DNA of 64,000 nucleotides from Waddlia chondrophila WSU 86-1044 (GTDB lineage Bacteria; Chlamydiota; Chlamydiia; Chlamydiales; CAMCWV01): NCBI GenBank assembly GCA_945882915.1, contig CAMCWV010000003.1, positions 64,785 to 128,784 of the forward strand, read 5' to 3'. Shown piece by piece: positions 55,914 to 64,000 of this stretch (position 1 is its first letter; each line of letters starts with the position of its first letter). The notes under the pieces were generated by a model. It saw only the letters and a program-made list of their open reading frames with translations, ran no database searches and was not told where the DNA came from. The position numbers and the translations under genes were made by a program.

Positions 55914-56099
55914 TGTTTTTTTATCATTTTTTTTTATCGACACCCTTTTCTGAGTCCATTTAAAACCCTGAATAAACTTTATTTACCGCTCTCAGCTATA
56001 CTAAAAAGGCCTAAGCCAGAAAAGTGATCAAGAATAAAAGTTCTCTACTTTTTTTTAACGGACATCTTGTAAAGAGTTGGAAGCTTATGCCAAACAACC

Positions 56100-56374
56100 T
56101 ATACTCCTCTTAGTTGAAAATGGGGCTTTGGACGCCGGACAAAAGAAAAAAAAGAGAAGAAGTCCGTAGCGATTAAAGGGTTGCCGTTTCCAGAGGGTAA
56201 CGTGGGCCGTCTAAGGTCTGGGATCTAACCTGCCACCAAGCAAACGTTTGCTGTAGGCTTCGGTCTGAAATCCCAGACCGTCCCGGTCTGGTTACCTTCT
56301 GGAGACGGCAAACGCTAAGGCCGCGGGAGCTTTCGCGCTAGCCCAAGTTCCCGTTTTCAGCTAAGAGGAGTATA
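56100..56374. repeat. PE-A carrying ~200-bp palindromic cargo in its apex
   Basis: The outer TIRs are intact. The interior holds further inverted repeats (CCGTTTCCAGAGGGTAAC / GGTTACCTTCTGGAGACGG and GGTCTGGGAT / ATCCCAGACC). Confidence 0.85.
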
Positions 56375-56392
56375 TTATTAATTTAAGGGTCC

Positions 56393-56962
56393 ATGATGTT
56401 TCAGCAACACTGCCATAATTTCCACACTATCGTCAGCACTTGCATTTGTACTGATAGGCGAGGAGACTCTCTTGCTCCAGACCAAGCGATCAAGGACATT
56501 ATCGATCTATTGCTTACAACAAAACTTCAGAAAAGGAACATCTATCTTATCGGAAATGGAGGCAGCGCAGCAGTAGCAAGCCACCTTCTTGTTGACCTTG
56601 TCAATGGAGGAAGCCTTCGCGCTGCAGTCCTTCATGAGCCTTCTCTATTTACCTGCGGGGCTAACGACTATGGCTACGCTCACGCTTATTCACAGATGCT
56701 CAGCAAAGTTGCAGTCGAACAAGACCTTCTCATTGCCATCAGCAGCTCTGGCGAATCCCAAAACATCCTCAACGCCGTTTCAGCGGCAAAATCTGTCGGC
56801 TGCACGGTCATCACATTAACAGGCTTTCAGCAGGAAAATGCAATGCGAGGACAGGGGGATATTAATATCTGGCTTAACTCCAAAACCTATGGACAGGTAG
56901 AAGTCGGCCATCTCTTCTTCATGCACGCCGTCATCGACCAGCTCAAGAAAAAGAGCAACTAA
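56393..56962 (+). CDS. gmhA: SIS-domain protein, phosphoheptose isomerase (GmhA)-like
   Basis: 189 aa. Motifs: IGNGGSAAVASHLLVDL, AISSSGESQNILNAVSAAK..GCTVITLTG. Confidence 0.75.
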   Translation: MMFQQHCHNFHTIVSTCICTDRRGDSLAPDQAIKDIIDLLLTTKLQKRNIYLIGNGGSAAVASHLLVDLVNGGSLRAAVLHEPSLFTCGANDYGYAHAYSQMLSKVAVEQDLLIAISSSGESQNILNAVSAAKSVGCTVITLTGFQQENAMRGQGDINIWLNSKTYGQVEVGHLFFMHAVIDQLKKKSN

Positions 56963-56973
56963 AAAAAAATACT

Positions 56974-57095
56974 TTTAACGCAAAGACGCAAAGAAATACG
57001 GGTTTTGAAACATAGAGAACGTGAGAGAAAATACAAAAACAGGATAGGCAGGATCAGCCTTCAGCTGTCAGGATAAAAAGTAAAAAAAGCATCCT
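56974..57095. repeat. PE-B single arm downstream of gmhA
   Basis: TTTAACGCAAAGACGCAAAGAAATACGGGTTTTGAAACATAGAGAACGTGAGAGAAAATACAAAAACAGGATAGGCAGGATCAGCCTTCAGCTG. Confidence 0.7.
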
Positions 57096-57119
57096 ATACT
57101 CCTCTTAGCCCACCTTCTG

Positions 57120-58265
57120 CTATTTTAGGAATGCGGGGAGGTGGTGTAACAAAGTGTCTACGCGCCTTTCCCAGGTATGCTCCCGCATGACCTTATCCGC
57201 GCTGCGCTGCCACACACGCTCTCTTTTGTCGTCATCTGCAACATAGTCCCGGACAGTCTCATTCAGAGCGCTCCAGTTGCCATAGCGATAAACAGCGCTA
57301 TCAACCCCCTGAGTAAAGTTCTCTCTCATAAAGACTGTGTCGTTTGTCACGACAAGACTCCCCGCTGCCGTTCCCAAGAAAAAGCGCTCATGCCCTCCAA
57401 AAGCAAGGCAAGGAGCGCTATTGAGGACGAGCTTACTCTTTGTCATCATCTTGATAGACTCTTCAAAAGGGATGAGGGGGCGCAAAGAAACATTAGACTG
57501 CCCTCCAAGATACTTATGCCATGAACCATCGCCAAAAACAGTCACAGAAGCATCCCGAATCGCCTTGATCATCTCAACGCGGTGACGTCCTCTTACATAC
57601 CACTCAAGCTGAATGGCAAGCCCCCTCCACACTGTATTTTCCTTAAAATCACCCCAAGGAATCTTGTCTCCAAAAGCCGCAGCCATCGCTTCTATAAGAC
57701 CCATTTTATCTCCTTGGGCCAACGCCATTTCAGCAGCAATATCCATTAAAGAAGCAAGGCTCTTTGGTAAATGCAAAAGCCATCCCTGCCGCGCCTGTTC
57801 ATAATCAAAACACTTGCCAAAGAAAACCACATCAAACTCTTTTTCCTTAGGCGCCGGTATAAGCTCATCAGCTGCATGAAAAAGAACAAGTGAGCGATCG
57901 AAGTTAAAATGCTTCTTAAAAAAAGCAGGCGCTGTAGTTTCGATTCCAGCAATAATCGTATGGGGACTTTTTAGGAATGTGTCATAAAAAACGTAGAGGT
58001 CTATTCCGTATACAACACACGGAATCTCAAGCTGCTCACAAATTTTAACAACCTGCAGACTCTCCTCGGTCTTTCCCATGACAACAAAGCAGCAGTCCGG
58101 ACGGTCTGCCGCAAGCTGCTGAATAAGTTCGCGCGGATCATAACCGTCATGAAGGGGATAATAGGGGGCCTCGACACCCCTTTTGAGAAGGGCCTGCCGG
58201 ATGTACCAACTATACCGCGGAGCATAAAGCCACTTAGGGGCAAAGACCCCCACCTTTTTAATCAT
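57120..58265 (-). CDS. CgeB-like glycosyltransferase (DUF3880 / Glyco_trans_1_2-like)
   Basis: 381 aa. The C-terminal region LVLNSAPCLAFGGHERFFLGTAAGSLVVTND...ENFTQGVDSAVY resembles Glyco_trans_1_2. ATGA overlap with the upstream gene. Confidence 0.6.
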   Translation of the reverse strand: MIKKVGVFAPKWLYAPRYSWYIRQALLKRGVEAPYYPLHDGYDPRELIQQLAADRPDCCFVVMGKTEESLQVVKICEQLEIPCVVYGIDLYVFYDTFLKSPHTIIAGIETTAPAFFKKHFNFDRSLVLFHAADELIPAPKEKEFDVVFFGKCFDYEQARQGWLLHLPKSLASLMDIAAEMALAQGDKMGLIEAMAAAFGDKIPWGDFKENTVWRGLAIQLEWYVRGRHRVEMIKAIRDASVTVFGDGSWHKYLGGQSNVSLRPLIPFEESIKMMTKSKLVLNSAPCLAFGGHERFFLGTAAGSLVVTNDTVFMRENFTQGVDSAVYRYGNWSALNETVRDYVADDDKRERVWQRSADKVMREHTWERRVDTLLHHLPAFLK

Positions 58266-59377
58266 CGTTTCTCCAGGCTCATCACAATATCTTTTCTAAT
58301 CTCTTCAAACGTCCTTTTAGGAGCAAACACGTAGCGACACATCTTCTTTCTGATCTCCCCAAACAGCTCTTGATCACGAGGCAAAGCCGCTTCAACAATC
58401 GAATAAAACTGGGCGTACTGAGAGGGCTTAATAATCGATCCACATTGATACAAGAAAAAGCGTGGGTCCTCTTTTAAATCCTCTTCATAGGCGTGAAAGA
58501 AGAACATGGGTTTGGCAAAAGGGAGGCAGTCGTAGCCAACAGAAGAGATATCCCCAACAAAAATGGAGCAGGCGGATAATAGAGGAAGAACTAACGGGTA
58601 ATTGCCAAGGATCACAATATTTCGCTTGTGCTCATACCGAGCAAGAAACAGCTCATACGCAGCTGGCATGAAGGCAGCAAAATAGGGATGGAGCTTTACG
58701 ACCAAGTTATAGTGGTCTGGAAGCTTGTCTAAGATGTGTGTGTAGGTCCCAATAATAGAAGAGGTCACATCAAAACTTTGGGCTGTTGGCGCGTAGAAAA
58801 TGGTTGGCTGCTGTTTAGCAAACCTTGAAAAGACCTCTTCTTGAACAAGCTTATCGTGGTACTGAAGGTGTTGCTCGTAATAGGTGTAGCGATAGTTGCC
58901 GGTGACAACATGCCCTGCGAGTTTATCAAACACTCCTTTGCTTTTCAGGATCTCGATCATCCTATCACCGTAAAGAAGGCTAATATCTTCCTCGGCAAAC
59001 CGCTCGAAAAAGTTATCTAGCTCAATTCCCTTATCAGAGTTGCCATGAGAGCAAAAGACAGACCTAAGCTTCTTGCCATAGACAGCTTCTGCCTCGCCAA
59101 AAGTCTCTCTAAACGCCTTGCGCCCCCAAAAATGAGAGTAGAAAAGCACATCATAAGTGGAGACTAAGGGTTCAGGAAGAAAGGTTCTCCACTCCTCACA
59201 AGAGACCTGCGCTCCTGGATAATAGTGATGGACTTTCTCTTCGACTTCAACATCGGTGACTAAAAGAGGTGCTCCGGTAATGCAGCTGATCACCGCTAGA
59301 TGATCCATCTGATAGGCAGCCTCTGGACGCTGACAAAAAATTGCATAGTTCATTGAGATACCTATTGCATGATCCAA
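58262..59377 (-). CDS. CDP-glycerol/ribitol glycerophosphotransferase-like protein (TagB/TagF, Glyphos_transf family)
   Basis: 371 aa. Motifs: CSHGNSDKG, IFYAPT, KLHP, GDISSVGYDCLPFAKPMFFF. These parallel the TagF catalytic motifs as I recall them. Confidence 0.65.
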   Translation of the reverse strand: MDHAIGISMNYAIFCQRPEAAYQMDHLAVISCITGAPLLVTDVEVEEKVHHYYPGAQVSCEEWRTFLPEPLVSTYDVLFYSHFWGRKAFRETFGEAEAVYGKKLRSVFCSHGNSDKGIELDNFFERFAEEDISLLYGDRMIEILKSKGVFDKLAGHVVTGNYRYTYYEQHLQYHDKLVQEEVFSRFAKQQPTIFYAPTAQSFDVTSSIIGTYTHILDKLPDHYNLVVKLHPYFAAFMPAAYELFLARYEHKRNIVILGNYPLVLPLLSACSIFVGDISSVGYDCLPFAKPMFFFHAYEEDLKEDPRFFLYQCGSIIKPSQYAQFYSIVEAALPRDQELFGEIRKKMCRYVFAPKRTFEEIRKDIVMSLEKR

Positions 59378-60132
59378 ACCGGCGCTCCCAAAGGAGTCTT
59401 CTCGAATAAGCGGGTGACATCAGGAGTGCTCATACGGATACAACCATGTGAAGCCGGCGTCCCTAGCTTCTCTTCCTCAGGCGTGGCGTGGATATAAATA
59501 TGCCGCAGTTTACTATCAACAAGCCACCCCTGCCCATCTTCTCCCCGATTTAAACCATCCTCGAGTCCTTCTAAAACAAGAATACGTGAGAGAACCAAAT
59601 CTTGCCTTGTTTTCTTGCCGGCGTCCGGATTCCACCGTTTCCCCGTATCACGCCCTCCACTAAAAATAGTGTAGGGGGCAGCTGTTTTGCCGATCTTGTT
59701 AGCAATTCTATGAAGACCAAGGGGCGTCTGAAAACTTGACTCTCTCTGCCCGACCCCTTTTGCTGCTGACGAGATCGTATATGACTCCAAAAGCCTTTGA
59801 TTTTCGTACAAGCTCAATGTCTGATCGGAAATTTTAATTACAATGATGTGAGAGCTCTCGTAATTCATCTTCTGCAGTTTTGCTTGGACTTCACGAGGAA
59901 TTGGCGAAGGCTTAGTAGGCGCTAAGACGGCCGCCTGAGCTGGCTCCACTTTAGCGGGAGCTGTTTTAACTGGCGCTGCTTTAGCTGGAGCTGTTTTGGA
60001 AGAAGGCGCGGGCGGCTCTGTTAACAAGTCTACTTTTGCACTAGCAGAGACAGCTGCTCTAGGCATACCAGCATATGCCGGGAAAATAGTAAGGCAAAAT
60101 CCAATAATTATGAGGTACAAAGCTTGCATCAA
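59362..60132 (-). CDS. L,D-transpeptidase (YkuD domain), secreted
   Basis: 256 aa with a signal peptide and an Ala/Pro/Lys-rich linker (KTAPAKAAPVKTAPAKVEPA). Catalytic motif HATPEEEKLGTPASHGCIRM. Confidence 0.85.
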   Translation of the reverse strand: MMQALYLIIIGFCLTIFPAYAGMPRAAVSASAKVDLLTEPPAPSSKTAPAKAAPVKTAPAKVEPAQAAVLAPTKPSPIPREVQAKLQKMNYESSHIIVIKISDQTLSLYENQRLLESYTISSAAKGVGQRESSFQTPLGLHRIANKIGKTAAPYTIFSGGRDTGKRWNPDAGKKTRQDLVLSRILVLEGLEDGLNRGEDGQGWLVDSKLRHIYIHATPEEEKLGTPASHGCIRMSTPDVTRLFEKTPLGAPVWIMQ

Positions 60133-60211
60133 ATATTGCTCCTTCCCCTTTTTTTCTTTTTCTTCGCTTCTTTTCTTTGCATTAAAAGTGTTTTATTGGC
60201 TCCTAGTATTA

Positions 60212-63200
60212 CTAAGAAGGGTCTTGGAAGGTGGCGAGGTAAGAGAGGAAAGAAGCGGAGTCCGTGACAGCATCTGCAAGCAAAATACCATTAACATAGC
60301 GAAGAAGCTCTGCCCTGTAAGCCATCTCTTTATCTTTGGTAAGTAAGGCCGCATAATCTTCCTTATAGTCACAGAAAAGAGCGATGTACAGCTCCATATC
60401 ACAAGTCTCTGAAGGCACCCTAAACCTCTCTCTTATTTTAGCAACAACAGCTGATTGTATGCGCCACCGCTCAGAGGGCATATTTGTTATGGAAGCAAGA
60501 GCCTTTCTACGAACTCTTTTTGGCAGGTGGCCAAAAATTGGATGCTCTTCTTCAGGCAGCTCTACCGGCTGAACCTTCGGGAGTTTGCCAAGCAATCCTG
60601 TTGCATCATTTGTAAGAGAAGTAAGCATCTCCACTGCAGCTTTTGTTGGCAAAGCCTCACCCACCACTCCGTTGATTTTGACCATCCATTTAATAAGCTC
60701 TGACACTTGCCCTTGCATCTCAAGAACCCTTCCAGATGCTCCTGGCTCTAAAATGTCCTTTTCGAGCTGAACAAACGCCGCAGTCAGGACTTCATAATAT
60801 TTTGCCACATGAACAATACAAGGGGCAATTTGTTCCTTAGAAATAAGCGTCGCTGCCTCTAAAAGACCTTTAGCAAACCCCTGCTCCAAAATAAAATGAA
60901 TCTCCTCTGCTGTAAGTTGCGTATTCCAAAGAGGCCACACATGCACAAGCTGCGGCGCAAACCTACGTAAATCGGCAAGCACTAGCTTGCCGACCAAGAT
61001 ATCTCCAACAACTACAAGAGCAAACAAATGGGAATCCAGCTGCTGAAGGGTTTCTGCAGAGTGGGTGCCAGGAACTACTTTCTTACTTAAATAGCGCTGA
61101 GCCGCATTTACAAGTATTTGTGGGGTGTTTTCTGCTACGCAGCAAAGAAAGTTATAAGCACTTTCAGAGCCCTGATCGGAAAGTGTTGGATCAGTCTTCC
61201 ATAAACATAGCATCTTATCGTACACATCAGCAAAAGAGATGTCTATCCGGTCAGCTATTAAATCTCGAATCCATGTGAACTGCTCCTGTATCCAGGTATA
61301 CTGCAACAGGAAATACTGAAACATCTCCGTTGGCATCCCCACAAGGACATCTACAAAACTCTCAGATGACTCCCCATGCGTATCAAGACTATCGCGCTCT
61401 AATGCAACTTTTAATGTGTCGAATATAGGATCTAGAGCTCTGTGCACCAGAGCATACTGACTCCTATCTATATGCATTAAAATCGTTTTAAAATGTGGGT
61501 CATACAGAATAACTGACTTCATGAGATGCTGAGCTGGCATGTCAAGTTCTACCAAACGCTTAAGAAAAGCAGATCCTGCTCGAGGGTCTGCTTTAATAAG
61601 TAGATAGGTTATTTTCACGAGAAGGTTAACCCAAACAACATTCCCCTCTTCAAGTAACATTGCACACAAAGCCTCTATTGGCTTGCTCTGCAAAAAATGT
61701 CCTGGCGTCTTCACTGCAGCATTAAGGACTCGCATAATATCAGGCTGAACCCCTTCAATAGGTCTCTTGTAATGCTGAGTGGCACAAACAACAGCTCTAT
61801 CTAAAGCAGCTCCACCCTCCCTAGTAAAGACTAGCTCCAGCTGTTCAATTGATGCATAACGCCAAAAATAAAGGATGAGCTCTTCTGGAAAAAGCTGTCT
61901 CCAAATAACCCAGAGGAGCGCTTCTCCTGACGGCCCAACTAAATGCTCTTCCAGATTAATTAATTCTGCTGAAACGCTGACTAGAAACGGAATCATCAGG
62001 GAGGTTTTATCTCCTCGAATCATCTCTATAACAGCAGTCTCGCTAATTTTTCCAAACCGCCACCACGTAGCAAAAAGAGGCAGCAACGGATATCCAATAT
62101 CTATTTGATATTGATAAAGAGTCTCATCCTTGAAAAGTTCAATAACAACCGCTTCTGATATTTTATCGGAAACTGCAAACAACAACCAGGTGTGCAGGCG
62201 AGGTAGCTCCTTTTTCGTCACTAGAAATGGAGTAAGATCGACCTCTTCTATCTCAGCTGCCATGCAGCTCCACATATACCTAGCTTTTTCTTTAGACTCC
62301 TCTGACACCCCAGCCAAGATTAGAGATGAGCCAATCCCCGCGCCAACTAAAAAGTTGCGCTTTGGCGCCTGCTTAAAAAGTCTCGCTATAAAAACCTGAA
62401 CCTCTTCAGGCGCCTTAGAACCCATTCCCACAAGAACAGCTTCTAACATATTTGTCTTTGGCTTCCAAAAGGAGACCTCAATAAGCGCATCCAGCTGACT
62501 TTCGTTAAGGAGTGGCACAATTTCAGGGATATAATAGTTGTGCTTAGACCCATCTGCCCATTCATTACAGCAAGTAAACAGCTTGCGAATCTGCCTAGGA
62601 GACATGCAAGGAATAACCCCCTTACAAACATCACCAGCGAATTCCACAGCCTGCGCAGAAACTCGCCTTCCATTTTCAGAGCAACAAAGCCGAGGAAACG
62701 TTACAGCAAAAGGCAAAACTCCATATCTAGGATTACCGGTCAAAGCGCTTTTAAGAGCTTCTATAAGCATTTCTTTCGAATCAAAGAACGTGGGAAACAT
62801 GTGACCTAAGCGCTTAAAAAAGAGATTTCGGCATATTGTAGGAATTGCTTCAGAAATAACGTCAATATTCTCAGCAAGCGTATGGTGGAGCCATCTTTTT
62901 ACTGGCTCGCGATGTAAAAATCGCGGGAGCATTTTTATCATCCGAACTTCAAGTAAATTAGCCGGCATATCCCTTATGATATACTCACACGCAGAAGCTT
63001 CATCTCCAAAAGCGCTCAAGAATCTTCTTGCATGCTCCTCGTTAATAGAATAGAGCCGTGCAGAAAAGCACTGAAAAATCTTTATAAACAAAGTACCTAC
63101 GCCATCTAAAACCGCTTTCAGATGCTCCGCTTTTCCAGAAGAACCCTTGGGGAAACTCTCCCGATGGGCGCTCATCACAGCTCCGAAAAGGCGAATAGCT

Positions 63201-63856
63201 AGCTGTATTGCCCCTGTTTTTCTAAGTTCTGAAAGAGCGCCAACCACTGCCATGGCCTCGCGCGGCTCTGCAACACTGTCCCTAGCAAACTTTGCTATAC
63301 TTACTTTAGCAGCCTCAGGATCAATCGTAGATTCTGATAGCCATCCTTCAAAACGCCTAAAAACATCTCCCCACGTCTCTTCTTTCTTCTCAGGCTCAGC
63401 TGGCACCTCTGCAGGTAATAGCAGAGCAAGAGAAGCGACAGGAGGCAAAGAAGAGCCAATCAGCGTAGCAATTTTTGGAAGAATTTTTTTTGGAAGACTG
63501 AAACTGTACTGCTGCGGGTGGCGCAACGCCTCAAACCTAAGACCGCCATAAACAGCCAAAGCGCATCTTCCAGAAAAAACAAAATGGGCACAAACAAAAT
63601 GCTTAACTCCTGAAATAGGAACGCTCTCTTCAAGAACAACAAACTCTCTTTTTTGCAGAAGATCAAAAGTACAGTGAAGTAAGTCGACAACAAGATTCCC
63701 AGATGTGTCCATAGCAGCAAGCCACGGCGCTGCTACCATGGCAGCGACCCTCGCCAATGAATTTTTTACTCCAGGCGCTGGGGCTGCCTGAAGTATGTGA
63801 TAGGTAAAATAGTGTGAAAGGGAAAAGTTATATCCCGAACAAGAAAGCGTTTCCAT
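60212..63856 (-). CDS. Very large orphan protein (predominantly helical), candidate lineage-specific effector
   Basis: 1214-aa uninterrupted ORF, far longer than any shadow ORF. I recognise no family or motif. Confidence 0.8.
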   Translation of the reverse strand: METLSCSGYNFSLSHYFTYHILQAAPAPGVKNSLARVAAMVAAPWLAAMDTSGNLVVDLLHCTFDLLQKREFVVLEESVPISGVKHFVCAHFVFSGRCALAVYGGLRFEALRHPQQYSFSLPKKILPKIATLIGSSLPPVASLALLLPAEVPAEPEKKEETWGDVFRRFEGWLSESTIDPEAAKVSIAKFARDSVAEPREAMAVVGALSELRKTGAIQLAIRLFGAVMSAHRESFPKGSSGKAEHLKAVLDGVGTLFIKIFQCFSARLYSINEEHARRFLSAFGDEASACEYIIRDMPANLLEVRMIKMLPRFLHREPVKRWLHHTLAENIDVISEAIPTICRNLFFKRLGHMFPTFFDSKEMLIEALKSALTGNPRYGVLPFAVTFPRLCCSENGRRVSAQAVEFAGDVCKGVIPCMSPRQIRKLFTCCNEWADGSKHNYYIPEIVPLLNESQLDALIEVSFWKPKTNMLEAVLVGMGSKAPEEVQVFIARLFKQAPKRNFLVGAGIGSSLILAGVSEESKEKARYMWSCMAAEIEEVDLTPFLVTKKELPRLHTWLLFAVSDKISEAVVIELFKDETLYQYQIDIGYPLLPLFATWWRFGKISETAVIEMIRGDKTSLMIPFLVSVSAELINLEEHLVGPSGEALLWVIWRQLFPEELILYFWRYASIEQLELVFTREGGAALDRAVVCATQHYKRPIEGVQPDIMRVLNAAVKTPGHFLQSKPIEALCAMLLEEGNVVWVNLLVKITYLLIKADPRAGSAFLKRLVELDMPAQHLMKSVILYDPHFKTILMHIDRSQYALVHRALDPIFDTLKVALERDSLDTHGESSESFVDVLVGMPTEMFQYFLLQYTWIQEQFTWIRDLIADRIDISFADVYDKMLCLWKTDPTLSDQGSESAYNFLCCVAENTPQILVNAAQRYLSKKVVPGTHSAETLQQLDSHLFALVVVGDILVGKLVLADLRRFAPQLVHVWPLWNTQLTAEEIHFILEQGFAKGLLEAATLISKEQIAPCIVHVAKYYEVLTAAFVQLEKDILEPGASGRVLEMQGQVSELIKWMVKINGVVGEALPTKAAVEMLTSLTNDATGLLGKLPKVQPVELPEEEHPIFGHLPKRVRRKALASITNMPSERWRIQSAVVAKIRERFRVPSETCDMELYIALFCDYKEDYAALLTKDKEMAYRAELLRYVNGILLADAVTDSASFLSYLATFQDPS

Positions 63857-64000
63857 AATTGATGCGGTCCATGCAGCAAATAATAACTCTACTTAATAAG
63901 CACATTAGTTGTCTAGAACGCGGAGGCCTGCTTGCAGTCAGGGCAATCGCATAAAGAATTTTCGTAACAGTTCACATGCACCGACGAAGGAGGGTATGTG

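Noticed and set aside
62663-62686. CX5R motif (CCSENGRR) in the 1214-aa protein as a second phosphatase candidate
   Set aside because: It is not followed by Ser/Thr, has no resemblance to known P-loops beyond C and R, and the context is not conserved-looking. It is consistent with chance occurrence.

Overview
64-kb chromosomal window from a member of the phylum Chlamydiae. Lineage markers are the histone H1-like Hc1 (hctA), the htrB/ybbR/dacA (c-di-AMP) cluster, cydAB, and a large protein with an Inc-like bilobed hydrophobic domain. Hand counts on a few lines give about 47-50% GC. Together with the non-Chlamydiaceae accessory genes, this suggests a Chlamydia-related (environmental) lineage; I cannot name the species. 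I support 49 protein-coding genes. Most are housekeeping: pyk, cydAB, rpmH-rnpA, rpmJ-rpsN, folP, cdaA-cdaR, hemE-hemN-hemY, tkt, alaS, mfd, efp-epmA, nadE, htpG, pcm, yajC, tgt and an RlmD-like methyltransferase. I found no rRNA, tRNA, CRISPR array or intact transposase. Three things stand out. (1) Intergenic DNA is saturated with nested, modular palindromic repeats: PE-A has at least 15 copies, and PE-B, PE-C and mosaic blocks are also present. Several of these supply the stop codon or C-terminal tail of adjacent genes. (2) Two accessory patches are present. One is a decayed higBA module bracketed by 98-bp direct repeats. The other is an adjacent AT-rich islet (DUF378, SOUL heme-binding protein, SDR-DUF2867) abutting the heme operon. 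(3) There are lineage-specific envelope and effector candidates. These are a 945-aa Inc-like protein with a SopB/IpgD-like CKxxxDRT motif, an L,D-transpeptidase / TagF-like / CgeB-like operon next to gmhA, a WaaG-like glycosyltransferase inserted in the htrB-ybbR-dacA cluster, a secreted PEGA-repeat/FGE-domain protein, and a 1214-aa orphan. All functional calls come from reading the supplied translations by eye; no database search was run.
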